Assembly (NCBI GenBank): GCA_016746295.1
Contig: JAEAOA010001547.1
Span: 855,988-919,987, forward strand
Direction of reading: 5' to 3'
From: Potamilus streckersoni
Lineage: Eukaryota
Length of the DNA: 64,000 nt
Part shown: one piece after another, positions 1 through 13,760 of the stretch
How positions within the stretch are numbered: the first letter of the stretch is position 1
How the letters are laid out: every line of letters begins with the position of its first letter
Program-made: the position numbers and the translations under genes
The notes under the pieces: generated by a model
The model's database searches: none
Told to the model about the DNA's origin: nothing
What the model saw: only the letters and a program-made list of their open reading frames with translations

Positions 1-1296
1 TAAAAGAAAACCAACAATTTTATGATTAAATGCACAATAAAAATATAACATATTTACTAAGTCAATGCTGCATTTGTTTTCCATCTGTTTCTTATATTTC
101 ATGTCTTTGCCAAGGAATACAAATATGCAGAATAAAGTTCTAAATCTTTGTATAACATCTGTTAATGCAACTAAAGAATTTCATTATTATTAAATATATA
201 TATTCAAGAAAAAATGCATTATATTTTCTGCAATAAATCTTATATCAAATAGGAATATAGTATATTCATAGTTGGGTTAATCTGCATACCATGTTATCCT
301 GTAGTGGTGCGACATTTGAATGGGTGCATTTGATGACATCACCAATCTGATTATTCCTTGTGTATTTATTTACTTATGCACTGACACTGCACATAAATTC
401 CAAAATTTAGCAATTCTATGACAATTTGTAACAAATTTCCCAAACCCTTGTAAACTCATTAACCCTTGGCACCTCAGTTATATATACGAGGTAGTAGCCT
501 ACTTCCAAGGTCTGTATCATCAGGGTCATGTATCATACACTATAGTATAGAAAGGTGGTATAGAAAGATGTAGCTCTAAAAAAAACATGCAGAATGATCT
601 GGATGTTCTTGTTGTACAAGAGGGGGAAAATGTAACTTTTTAAACGATTTCTTTCAAAAAACATTCACCCATGGTTGGAATCTGTTTTTTTTGTGTCAGG
701 ATTTTAGACTTTTTGGCCTCAGCTCTAAGGCAGACAAGTCTAAACTGCGCAGGCCGCCAACCTTTGCAAAAAGTAGGATAAGATGGATATTTGGAAGAAA
801 GAGTGGCCTGGATATGAAAATGATGGGTCTGTTCAACAACAATAACACCCCCCCCCAATCCAATTTTACCTTTCTGCTCATGTGGTAGCAAAATAGCCAA
901 TGAAAAACTATGGTTCTAACACAACCAGGAATTAGGTTAACTTGAAATCTCTTGGAAGTCGATGTATTATCATGTATTCAGAAATACCCCCCCCCTCCCG
1001 ATATGTTTCCTACTTGCATTTCAGGCAAAAGCAACAAAAACCTCCAGGGGTTAATGAATTAATACTGATGTACAATAGGACAATCTAAATATTGTCTGTA
1101 TAGGTTGTCCATGGACTCTATTGTCACATAAGACGAACTAGATCTCAGAACAAACCGATGCCAAATTTAATGGTTTTAATTAGTTAAGGAGGAACAGTAA
1201 CAACAAATATCTGATAATGGACAGAAAATGAATGCTGCATAATTGCTCAAGTTCTTCTGGTCTTTGACCAAAAGGGCTAAATATTTGTTATGTCAT

Positions 1297-1302
1297 TTTA
1301 TT
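1297..1302 (-). terminator. Candidate polyadenylation signal (AATAAA on minus strand) about 220 nt downstream of the MVP stop codon
   Basis: Plus-strand TTTATT at 1297-1302 is AATAAA on the coding strand, at a plausible 3'UTR distance. No downstream GU-rich element was checked. Confidence 0.25.
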
Positions 1303-1522
1303 ATAATGTCATTTTCATCCCCATATAGCTTCTTGAAAGTCTCAACAATAGCCCAAATGAAGTTCTCCAAACTCCTATTATTTGGTCCAATAATATTCCT
1401 TAAACAATTTTTTTCTACAATCATCATGTTGGAAATTAAATGTTAAGTTATTTATATCTACTAACATGTTCCTTTTAGGGTTAATATTAAACTATTTTCA
1501 TCGCGAGTCTAGTTTCTGAGAT

Positions 1523-2090
1523 TTACTCATAATTTTGTGGCTGCTTAAATGGCATCAATCCCCCAACAAGCCCTGAGGCTGTGTTAAATAGGTTGATTGG
1601 AGTGTTACCATCTGTGATGAGTGTGGATTTCAGACCAAGTGCTTGCAACATCTTCACCTGCATCTCAGGTCCAGCATTTGCCATGGCCTGCAATGTGCCA
1701 GCTCCAATTGCATCAATTATATTTCTGAACTTCTCAGTCTCAATTTCTGTCATTTCTCGGTTTTTGTTTATTTCAAGCTCATTCTGCTCTCTGACATAAT
1801 TCAGTTCTGACTCTCTTGCTTTTTGTAACCTATCCAGTTCAGACTCAGCCTCAATTTTCATGGCCTGTGCCTTAAGCTTGGCTTGCTCAACAGCTGCCTC
1901 ACCCTCTATCCTCGCCGCCTCAGCCCGAGACTGTGCTTCTGCTTTGGCTTGACCTGTGCTTTCCACAGCAGTGCTGAGGGCCTGCAGCTCCAACAGACCT
2001 TTACGTGCCCTCTCTGCTTCAGCCTCATCACTGATCTTCTGTCGCTCCAAGCGACCTTTAGCTTCTTGTTCCAGTCTTTCAGCCTCGTGT
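1523..2090 (-). CDS. MVP: Major vault protein, terminal coding exon (cap-helix/coiled-coil and C-terminus; stop TAA at 1523-1525)
   Basis: Minus-strand ORF ...[64 protein letters not shown]...[39 protein letters not shown]... aligns with the human MVP C-terminus ([51 protein letters not shown]...[38 protein letters not shown]). Acceptor ctcttAG|ACACGAG at 2090; phase is continuous with the exon at 10228-10439. Confidence 0.9.
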
Positions 2091-5000
2091 CTAAGAGAAT
2101 TAAATTACATCAATAGTAACTGTGTGCAATTTAGCTAGAGATATGTATAAACAAATATCATTCATTTGGGGAACAGATAAGTCAACAGTGCTGCTTCAAT
2201 TAAATTACAAATGAGACTTGCTGCCTCCATTTTCAACTCAAAAGGGGTAACTGTTAAAAAACTAATGCCAACCCAATTGATGGCCTGTATGCACTTCTTC
2301 ATGTGATGACCATGATATGTGTCAAACTATAATAACAGAAATAAGTCAATAACTGCAAGATAAGTTGAGTTTACAAGATTCTGTCATTTACATGCATCTA
2401 GATATAATTTAAGTTTACAAAAGAAATGGTGAGAATTATCTCTGTTTCCAGCATCCCAACTTAACCCCATGATGGAGATGAATCTACAGTAGAAGAAAGA
2501 GCATAGCTCTGCTGAAAATAGAAGACTGATTTGTCAACATGAATATCTACTCATGATGATTATACTATTAACTAAATATAACAGCAATCCACTAAATACT
2601 GCCAGAAGTTGCATTCACAAAATTCTCTCATACACTGCATCCAGCTTAAAGTAAACAGAAGAGGAAATAACTCTTACAAAAAATATTAAACAAGCACAAA
2701 GAATATGTTAAAATGCATTATTAGATAAACATAATACAAAGTTTCACAGCAATCCATAAAAAAACACTACAAGATTTTTTTTAAGATGACCATTGTAGCA
2801 GCCATATTGGATGTACGACTGTCACCATTTTTATTTCATATCATGTATCATAAAGCCCATTCTGCTGATAATGACTTTCCATTTTGGTTGATTCTCTACA
2901 TTTTTAATATTGCAGCCAAGGTGGCCATATTGGAATATCAGATTAGCATCATTTCCATTGAGGTCCAAATAGACATTATAAAATGTATTTTGGTGAAAGC
3001 AAAATGCTGACATAAGAAGAAGCAATAACAAGATTATCAAGATGCTCATTGTGGTGGCCATAATGGAAGTCAATTTGGCACAATTTTCATGTTTGACCAA
3101 CTTTTGTTTAAAACCTTCCTTGTGGATACAACTACATCTTGCACCCAGTTACATACCAGCTCCAGTTTGTGCAGTCTGGTACTGAAACCTTTCAAAGAAT
3201 AACAGCAGGACTCAAAATTACACTATTATCCACTATCCCACAGTTAGTGATTTTGTGGACAGATCACTAAAACCCATCCATCATTAATCCAGTTAAGCAG
3301 TGAAAATTACTGTTGCTCACTATCATAACAGATAAGATGTGGACACTATTTCCTTTAATTGGTTAACTGATGTGTTCATTATATTAACTGACCTACCAAT
3401 AGCCGGCACTTGACAAGGTATATTTAATGATCCCTGCAAAAACTGCCAGGTGTGAAACTACTGAAGTAAACCAGTAATTAATGCTAAAATAGTCCTTGTT
3501 CACAATGAATTAACCTGGTGTTTAGCCACTAAACACTGATTTCATAACTGATTATAACAAAATGTATAGGGTAACAGGCTAGTACTGACCAATCAGAAAA
3601 GGTTGAGTTTGCCAACTCAACAAATAATCCAGAATTATGCTGAACAATAAGGTTTAATATTTATATTGTTATTGATAAATATTCAAGCATTGTGTGGTGA
3701 CAATTGTCAACATATGGAAATATCTGCAAGGTATGCAGCTGTTACTGAAAAAGAAGAAATTATATGATAAGAGAGTGTGATCACAAATATGAGCAAGAGA
3801 ATGTTTTAAAAAAGTACCAGAAATGCTTGGAAAGTGAACAGAAATGAGTGAAATTTATCCTCTGAGAGTCGTGATGTTCTGAATAATCTGCAGTGTTTTT
3901 GGAAAATAAGAAAATATAATGGGTACTTCATTTGTAAGTGTTTGCTGATGAAAAACAGATCTGACTGTTTGGAATTAATAAAAAAGATGCTGAATTAGAA
4001 ACTGAACTAGGTTCTATTTTAATTTTGCAGGATCAGTGAAATTTTTTTAAAAAAATTATTTTCGTGATCCTCAGGGTTAGTAAAAAAAACACATGGTCTA
4101 ATTTTGAGCTCTGTATTAGCAAACTTAATTATGTTTATATATTTCAAGATCCCTAATATATAAAACCCACAGGAAAAGGATCTGGATTTTTGGGTATTTT
4201 TGTTTTTAAAATACATTGTATGAAACCAATACCTATATGTGTGACCAATATGTAACCAGATGCAGGTTTTAGTATTATCCACAATATGGGTATTAAACAA
4301 AGTCTTTCAGATGACAATACTCCCTTGAATGCCTATCTCTTATAAAAAAGAGTAACACATTCTTCTAATGACTTACACCTGAGATTCTTTTATCCATAGG
4401 CAAGTAATTTAGCTTTATTGACAGGAGTTATTTTGTGTCAGCAATTTAATGAATAGAGAAACTTGGTTTAGCAAATTTACATCAATACTGGATCATACAT
4501 ATTACTTATCAAGACTATTTCTGATTACAGGCAAGCTATGCACTTTTGTCCCAACTTACAAATTAGGCTTATAAAGTAACAAGTATGATATTTCGACAAC
4601 AATGAAGTGCAGCAGTTTTTATATATTGCCATGGTAACAAATTATATAGCAGATAAATTTCAAACAATATATTTGCTCATAGTAATTAATCAAATGCTTT
4701 AATAAGATTTCAAAAAACTGTTTTAAATTAACACAATACCTACCTAAAAAGATCCAACTAATATGAAATTTTAAAGCAATTATAGTTCTTTGTTTTTCCA
4801 TGACCAAGTGTCCAAAAAGGTAAAGAACATACCACTTAAAGCAAATAGATATTTTATCAAATTTAAAGAAAATAAGAATTTCATTCTTCTATATGTTTAT
4901 AGATACACTATGCCTGTGGGATTTGTTTATAATAATGCACAGCTAACAAGTGCATATAAAAAGAATTAGACTAAACGAGGGGGAGAACAAGGTGCGGTGC

Positions 5001-8000
5001 CAAAGCTACGTGACTTGTGAGGTAGCATGGACCGTACCAGGTTTCCCCACCTCAAAGTAACACTAAACATTCTCATTCTATATAATACTCATAATCTACT
5101 ATCTGTCTTCTTCTAACACACTCTAAATACAAAGAGGTTTCAAGGATCAGGAAACTGGTATTGATCTTGTATCACAACCAGTTTCCCGGATCAAAAGAAA
5201 CCAATAAAATTAAGGAACAACTTTAAAAATATTTGATTCATGTACCCAGCCTTACAAAAACACAAAACAGTGTACATAACAAATAGCAGAAGCATATAGC
5301 AAACCCTCTGCAACATAGATCCTTGGCAAGGATCACAAAATTTAAGTAAACTCCGGATCCAGCCTGGGATAAGGAGTTTTTTTTCACACTAGAATAGGAA
5401 AGGTGTAGAAACTCTAATTCAAAATTATAAAAATGAAATTTCTTTAAAAATAACACAAATAGCACAAATGCCTATAGAAACAATGACATATAAAAACCTT
5501 TAAACTTTCAGAACTAGTGGGTCCCTCAGATGATGAAAATTCTTAGAGGGACCACACCAATAAACTTAAAGCAAACAATGCACCTCCATGGGCTGATTTT
5601 ATGATTATCAGAAGTGATTTAAACAATAAAATTAAATATATAATGAAGGAAAACCACATATATTTACAGTATCAATCAAATATGAAGATAATGTGATGTA
5701 AAATATCATAAACAATAAGTGTTAAAAACATCAGCTGACAATCATTTCTTAAATTTTTATAATGATACAAATTAAGACTAGAGTGATTTTCTTTAATGAA
5801 AATTACCAACTTTTGTTATGACAATTAGAGATATTTTTTTAAAGTACCAGCTTTAACTCGTACATTGAAACTCCATATACCATACAAAATGTCTGTCCAA
5901 ATCAATTCAAAGGATATATGAATATTGTGTCAAATTTCAAAGACTCTTGTTAACAGTATAAACTATATCACTGTACCTTCACATATATTAATGCACATGA
6001 TAATTGACGATATTACATTGTGAAAAGTTTCTTTTATTGAAAATAACTTAGACTGGCCTTTAGTCTGTACACTGAAGGAAGTTGCCATATGTATACTTGA
6101 TGTTCCTACAAATTTAGAGATAATGAAGAAAACCATATAACTTTAACTTTGAAAATTTTAATTTTGGTGGCCAATACAGTAAACCATCATGAAGTAAATG
6201 TAAATAAACAAAAGTTCACTCATAATGATTTAGATCAAATAGGATGAATGGCAAATAAATAAAGCAATTGTAAATAAAAACCTGTCATCAACACTCCTCT
6301 ATCTCTTCACCAAGCTACTGTTTTATGCCTAAAAATACACCAGGGTATATGTGTACATTACACACAGCACATCCATACAATGTCAACTTGCTTCTGTTCC
6401 AATTTTTGGAGCACTGCATGCAAGTGCTCATGTGACAAATCTAGCCCAAGAGTATCAAAAACACAGGCTGTACAGTAGGAACAATGTTTCTTTTGTTTGT
6501 ACCTGGAGAAGTTTCCGATCATCATTTTGGCATCTTTAATGTGGAAGTCAAGAGAGGTGATCTTCTAAGTTTTCTTCAGGCAAAGGTTGATTAGGAAGTG
6601 AAACAAATATTCCCAAAATTTCTAGCTAGTCCTTCCAAATAGTTACTTGGAAGAAACATAATTGCTGTAGTCAAAACCACCCACATGGACCTGGTGGTGG
6701 TAAACTACCCAGCAATAAGATATCTCAATCCATCTTTTGTCTATAAAAGGCTACCTCCACTCCAATTGCTGCAGAGCTAGCTATTGGACAGATAATGTAA
6801 CTGTAAATAAAAATTTAGACTTCAGAAGAAAAAAAAACCACTTGAATGTATTTCCACCTGCCATTCTTGTGTGCTGAAAGTAGCATTTACTCCTCAGAAA
6901 ATATATTTTATTTGTAGATGAAATCTATTTCTTAACATTTCAAAAGCCTACCTATGATGTTTGAATTATTACTTCATGCATAATGTCAGATGTTAGACTA
7001 TGTCCTCATATTTGCAGATGATTCAGTTATGAAGCATAAACTGTATGAAATATATATGATTTTACTTCAATACAATTATTGATAAGATTAGCCAATTTCT
7101 GTCATTAATTAGCAATGATTGCATTTTTTACTTGCAAACTGAGTATTGATATGTTCATGTATATGTATGTATATCCAAGAATGTCTAAAATTCAGTTGGC
7201 CTTGAAAGTAAGCCATGTTGAAGAAAACCATTCTATTTGATATTGCACTCTGCAAAGAAAATCTCAAATTACAATACCTAATATAACTCAACAATAAATG
7301 TGTCTGGTTAACATGTGGATGAACTTGTATCTTCTGAAAAATAAATGCAAATATTATGAACTGTATGTGAAGGTCTAATTGTAAAACAATGTTTCATTAC
7401 AATAGTATATATTATTCATTTTTTCTGGATTGAAAAGCAGGAGAGTTGCTGGTTCATTAGGTTCAACAAACTGTCTAACGTCTTCATCATTGGCCGCTTG
7501 TGACCAAAAGTCATCATCATTGGAACAGCTGGACATCTTGTCCAGTCTTGTCTGTCTGTCTCTCTCTGACAGCTCCAGAATACTAAGATCATGACAATCT
7601 CTACCACTGCCATCTTTTAAATCAGTATCAGACACCTGATCTAGCAATGGTGAAATATTGTTAGTGTCTTCCCTACCAGTCTGAAACACTCAAATCATTG
7701 TTCCTGCATTCCACTTACATTTCTGCATTCAAGAAATAGAATATCTACTTGTGTTAAATACCACAGTTCATTTTCCTTGCTATTTAAGTCATACTTGTCA
7801 TTTTTTGTGTCCTCTTAAAAATACAAAGATAAATATTAGAATTTTTAAATATATATGTAAAAGCCCTTAATAATCACATGTATATTAATTAGGACCAGTG
7901 AGACCATGAATAACTTCAGCAAATATGCTTTTGCAAAAATTATTTCACTGTGCTTGAAAATTCTATAAACATGGAACTGCAAATATTTTTAAGCTCAGTT

Positions 8001-9325
8001 AAATGCCAGAGTCTCAGCAAAAGGCCAAATTTGACAAACCAAACAAATGTCTCTTTGTTATTATAGCAGCAACATCAAATAATTGAGAAACAAAGTATGC
8101 TCAGAACTGGCAGCTGACAACCAATCAATTAAAATACAAAAGATTTGTTCAATTTGAGACCTAAATCTTCTGTTGATATATAAGTTTATTTTACATTGAC
8201 ATAAACTGCATCATGACAAATTTGGAAGTCTATTTCATAAAGATGATCTTGTTGTGGTTCTTCTTTTTTTCCCCTTTTTATTAGCCATGGGTAATTTTTT
8301 TTAAAAAAGCAGAATCAAAACACTCCACTTTTTAAAGATTATTTTCCTGCTTGCTGGAGATTTCAAGGTGACAAGGACATAATTATTAACATAACTATTG
8401 GAATTTCTTTGACAGGTGTGTTTGTAAATAAAAGGCAGCATCTGGTTTCATGAAAAGTGCATTATATGTACTGAAAATTTAGCACCTACAATTAATGTTT
8501 ATCCTCTGCAAGAGGTTTATTACTTGTAGATTCTTATCTGTGGTACATAATGCCCCAGGGATGATTGGTTTGTTTTGTTGCATGATGCCAAGAAAATTAC
8601 AAATCATGCTGACTCTTTGATACTTTGTTTCATAAAAAAAAAAACAGGGTTCATGGATTCTAATCATAGCCATAAATGACACACCTGTCTGAAGTGGTTC
8701 CATGTGTACAATGTCTACAATGACAATCAATCATATTTTGTTAGTTGAGTGAAGGTATTTAAAAAAGAAATGATAAATAAATATCCAATACAGCACTTTT
8801 TGATAACCAACAACCCATGGAAAAATTACATCATAAAACAAAAATAGGATATCTATCACTATTAAAACTTATTTAAATGTATATATTGAATAGCTGTTAT
8901 CATGAAACCTAATTTTGTTTTTACTGATAAAGACTTTGATGATTAGTTTATCATGCATTATATAACAAGTGAGGAGGAACTATCTAGTTTGTGAAGGGAC
9001 TGTCCCTTGTCAAAATCATCTCCAAAAAGGCCAGTGTACAAAATATAATTTTAATAAAAGAAATTATAGTTGAACAATTTGCAAATATTACAAGTCATTT
9101 AAATATTTTCCAAAAGAACACAGTGATGTCCAAAAACACACCATAAATGTGGTATACAATCTCTATGATTTCACTAATTCCTTGTTTAAAAGGCTTTGAT
9201 TTAAGATGGTAACTGTTGCATGTCATTTTCTTCAGCTAAATGACTTGGTTGGATAAAGACTGGTTTAGTACATATAACACATTGACATTCTGTGGACCTC
9301 AATCATTGTGTTATACAGCAGGCTA

Positions 9326-9327
<2 letters not shown>

Positions 9328-9408
<81 letters not shown>
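9328..9408. repeat. (TA)n microsatellite, about 40 perfect units
   Basis: Uninterrupted tatata... run. The 9240-9488 ORF is an artefact of translating it as (YI)n. Confidence 0.95.
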
Positions 9409-9411
<3 letters not shown>

Positions 9412-10227
9412 TGATTCTCATTTTCAAACACAAATTGTTATTTAATATTAATATTTTAGGTTTTGAAACAAGTCTGTTTTCTTTATGAAATGATAACTAA
9501 AGAGAACTTGCAGAAATCAGGCAGTGATTATAAATTATAACTTGCTGGGGAACAGGTTCACATGTATTCCTATGCTATTACTTCCTTTTAACAGAGCTAT
9601 AAGTATTTATATATTGCATGTGTGCGAGGCTATCAAAAACTAGAAATGTGCTCATAAAAAACGGATTCTCCAATGCCTGAAAATTGACCCAAACACAAAA
9701 CATGACTGAAAAAAGGGTAATACTATATGCACTACCACTGGCATGGTGGGGCATTACAAATCTAAGGGTGCATAAGAAAAAAAAAAAAAACAAAACAATA
9801 TTCACAATAGGACCAGACTGTAAAGATCAAAAGTCATACATAGAGACTGCCATATAAAATTACAACACACACAATAATTACTAAGTACAAAAAAAAGACT
9901 CGAGTTGCATTTAAATGGGTGAACCATTTTGGTCAGGAGTAAAGCATTCTCACTGCCAACCCAACATGGCTCCCAGTGTCTTTGCTTTTAAATAATGAAG
10001 CATATACAAGATTTTTAGTCCAATTAAAACAATTCTAGCAAAATGATGCTAATAAAAATACTGTTTGTCCTGTAATTTATTGATCCTATAAATTTTCATA
10101 CACCATATTATAAAAAATTATATTACTTACCATCAGGTAGATATAACATCTAACTTAAAATATTAAAAATGTTATATATATATATAAATTAAATTGTATT
10201 CAAAAGGATCAATATCACCATTGTTAC

Positions 10228-10439
10228 CTGGCAGCAGCTTCCTGTGAATTGGTAGTAATCTCGATAGCCAGCTGTACAGATTTCTGCAGGGCTTCCCGAG
10301 TCCGCTGGTCAACTGGTTCCACAGACTGGATATCAATGCTGGTGATGTTGAGATTATTCTGATGAAAAACCAATTTGTCATGCACTTTTGCCTTGTCTTC
10401 GATCCCAAAAACTGAGGAACGGATAATTCTGGCAGAGTT
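10228..10439 (-). CDS. MVP: Major vault protein exon (shoulder-domain region)
   Basis: Reverse-complement translation [70 protein letters not shown] matches human NSARIIRTAVFGFET...[37 protein letters not shown]. Acceptor ttttttcAG|AACTCT and donor AG|GTAACA; boundaries +/-3 nt. Confidence 0.85.
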
Positions 10440-13400
10440 CTGAAAAAAAAAAGAACATAAAAAATATTAGGCTGATAACAAATTAAGATTTATTTTATGT
10501 TTACATTAGTTATATATGAGGTTTTTCTTTTTAATTAAAAACAGTTACTTTCAAGACACTCAAGAAATCAAAAGTGAAAGGTTTCAAACATATTTTGACT
10601 GGAACTGTACCAATTTTGTTCTGAATAACCACATACAAACACGCTTACATACTGCATAATAATAGTTTTTAAATTTATATGTGGTCACTTGTTCCACAAT
10701 TTAATATTTCGCTTTCAATATATATCTCAAAATATAAAGATAAATTCACATAATTAAAAAAGACAAACATCTACCTAACAGTCATATATATAAGCACTTG
10801 TTCATGAAATCTGGGTCAGTAGGATACCTTCTGTTGAAAGGGGTATGCACTGTAAGAGTAATGTATGGCCCATTATCAGATCCAGAAGAAACTTATGCAG
10901 ACAAAATATGCTCATCTCTCTCTTCCTTCAATATGTATTTGATACTTTTTTTTATATCCAGAACTACTTTTAATAAAGGAACTTGGCAATTAAATTGCCT
11001 ATAGTTTTCTTCTCCATTGTGGAACTTATATTTATGGATTATAAATATCGTTCTTAAAAAGATCAATTCATACCTATTGCCAAGAAATATATATCCTAAA
11101 TTATATATTTGGACACGTATGCATAACAATGATTGTACATAAATATGTTTAGTGTTGACTTTTTGTCATATTCTTGCCAGAACCCATACAGAATGTTTAG
11201 GCAGATTCTGCCTGGATTTTAGGTAGATTCAGGGTGTATTCCACCTAAAAATCCTAATTTCAGCTGGACTTTAGGTGGACTGGGAATATTGCTAAGGTGA
11301 CATACTGAATCCTTCTGATAGTTAAGCATACTATTTCTTATATTCCTCCTTACGGATAACTGTTAGATTAAAAAGTTCTGATTGTCCAGTTCATTTACCT
11401 ACTTTAAGATGGATTTTGAACTTAGACTGATTTTAGCAAAAATGTTAGACATAATTTTGAACTTTATCAAAATAACTACAAATATAGATGAATCTTTAGA
11501 CTTTAGAAAATTTGAGTTTATTTTACTCTTTAAAAAGGTTTTTGTTTCCTATTAAAATATACTCTACAAAAATCATATCTAGGGAAAATGTGACTGAAAT
11601 TTCAGCCAAATTGCCTAAGCTCCAATAATGTGAGCAATTATAGTAAAAGCTCTGAAATCCACAAGTCTGCATGGAAAATTTCATATGGGAATAACACCAG
11701 AAATGGTAATATTTTGTATCTGTTGATCATTTTTCATACAAAATGGAGTGAATATACTTTGTACATTAATAATGGCTGAATGCTGATACTGTTTATAGTA
11801 AAGAAGAAAAAATGTTCAAAACATCAGTGATAAAAGCTATTTTGTTTATCATTCATTTAGGTGAAAGGCTTTAGTTTATATCATTAATAATTCTGACAAA
11901 AATATTCCATATGATATTGATTGATAATAAAATTGATATATTTCTATCAATTTTATAAAGAGAGAGTACAAGTACAATAGCTGTAAACTATACAGCATGA
12001 GGCACTATTGCATGGTTTTGTTACCTCACTAATGAAGGATATCAGTTTTTGATACATTTATTGTCAATACAATCAACAAACTTATGATTTCAAGTGTAAA
12101 AAATTTACAAAAAGTTTCTTGTATATATCAATAAGGTGTTTATGCATAAGTAGAATTTATATACATTTACATGTCTGAAAAACCAGTTAAGCGCACAGGC
12201 AGGTGCAGATACATGCATGCATGCACACACATACACACAGTCTTTGGGACATCTTAAAAAGTGTTGTTTACTCAAGGATATCGAGATTTTTCCACCAGTA
12301 GTGAGGTCTAAAATTAAAATATTTGTTTATAATTTGATTTGAAAAAAATAGAACAGCTATGGTAATCACACTGGTTTTGACAATCCAGAAATATATAAAC
12401 AACTTGTATGTGCATTTTAAGTTATAACATAAAAGAGGAGTAGATGACATTTAACATCCAGCAACTGAACACCAGCAAAGATAAGAATGATAAACCCTGA
12501 ATGGTTCTGTCACATCAAGTTTTTTTAAGTGTCCTAGTCTTCCCCAGTCTCTGACCAGCTTTGTTACTTATGTAACTCATCTGAGGAAATAATATGGGTT
12601 GATTCATTTGTTCAACTGATCATATTGTCATGTCAATGTGAGGTTTTTATACCTCTTTGTCACCACTGTTGCTGGTGATGACCATAAAGGCTTCATCTTC
12701 AAAATTTCATATTCACCAGAAAATCTGCAGTCCTCTAAGTTACTGTAACTCTTTATAGTTCCACAAAAACTTTGCTTATTCATGAACCTAACTAAAACGT
12801 ATAGATAGCAACTAAGTTTTTATGTCTTAGCTGCAGAATTTATTATGAAACAAGTTATCATGGAAAGAATCAGAATATTTTGCAGACCATTAGCACCCCA
12901 AACCACTTTGCTAACCTCTAGTGGGGCTACTGTTCATTTAACAGATGGTTATTGAAAATTCAGACATGAAAATAAGTGTTTACATCGATTGACTTTCTTT
13001 GGGGAAATTCACCCGAGATCTTCCTATAGGAAATAGAAAACGAAGATTAGTGTTCAGGAAATTTCAGTTGAGCTTAGGAAGAGAAAGCATTAATAAATTA
13101 CATTTACTCCCAAAGGCCATCATCTCTGATAAAGTTTTTTAACTTATGGAGAGCATTTAAAGGCAGTGAAACTGACATGACAGCCCTAATAAGGAAAAAC
13201 ATTTTGCTTCATCAAGAATTTGCACAAATGACAACAAAAGCAAATAAACTGTCAAAAGAATGTGAGTCTTTTAAAAACTAAACAGGAGTTGGCAAGGAAT
13301 AAACAAGAAAAACTTCAAGAACAGCCATTAAAGACAAAATGTATGAGCCTTGAAAAAAAAAAACCCAACCCAAATATAACCATCAGATCTTACAAGATCA

Positions 13401-13511
13401 TCAAGCCATTGCCTTAGTCTTGAAGAGGACAACACAAAAATGAAAGATAAAGTAAAACAATTAAATAAAGACAAAGATTCACTCCTGAATGACTCTATGG
13501 TCTTAAACTAA

Positions 13512-13760
13512 GTTGTTTTTGCAGCTGTTGTTTTGTTTAACACAATTTTTCAGCACACAATAGGCTATAGATGGCAGCCAGTATTAATGGTGGATGATTA
13601 ACCCAGGAAAATCTGGAAAAAACCACCAACCCACAAGAAGCTACTAGCAAGCTTTCTCACATACCCACATTGGCCGAATCCAAGACTCAAACCCATGCAG
13701 AAAGAGGTGAGATGGCCAGTGATTCATAATAGAGAGTACTTTAGGCCACTTGGGGCCTCC
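13512..13760 (-). mobile_element. tRNA-derived SINE, family 1, copy 1
   Basis: Read on the minus strand it begins with a tRNA-like head GGAGGCCCCAAGTGGCCTAAAGTACTCTC...CATCTCACCTCT...GGGTTTGAGTCTTGGATTCGGCCAATGTGG (A-box/D-arm and B-box/T-arm-like). Copies at 44385-44628 and 56051-56197 align along its length. Confidence 0.7.

Noticed and set aside
640-900. Overlapping 60-86 aa ORFs on both strands downstream of the MVP 3' end
   Set aside because: There is no recognisable similarity. Overlapping ORFs on both strands in a slightly GC-richer patch are expected by chance, and the region is more likely MVP 3'UTR or flanking sequence.
3540-3630. CCAAT-box-like sequence (gaccaatcag) with a nearby GC-richer segment at 4975-5050, considered as a promoter or small RNA
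   Set aside because: It lies in the middle of an MVP intron, has no supporting TATA/Inr arrangement or downstream ORF, and the segment has no tRNA or snRNA-like fold I can see. It is most likely chance.
9240-9488. 82-aa ORF containing (YI)n, and the 71-aa minus ORF at 19245-19460 containing (SL)n
   Set aside because: Both are translations of the (TA)n and (GA)n microsatellites, not genes.
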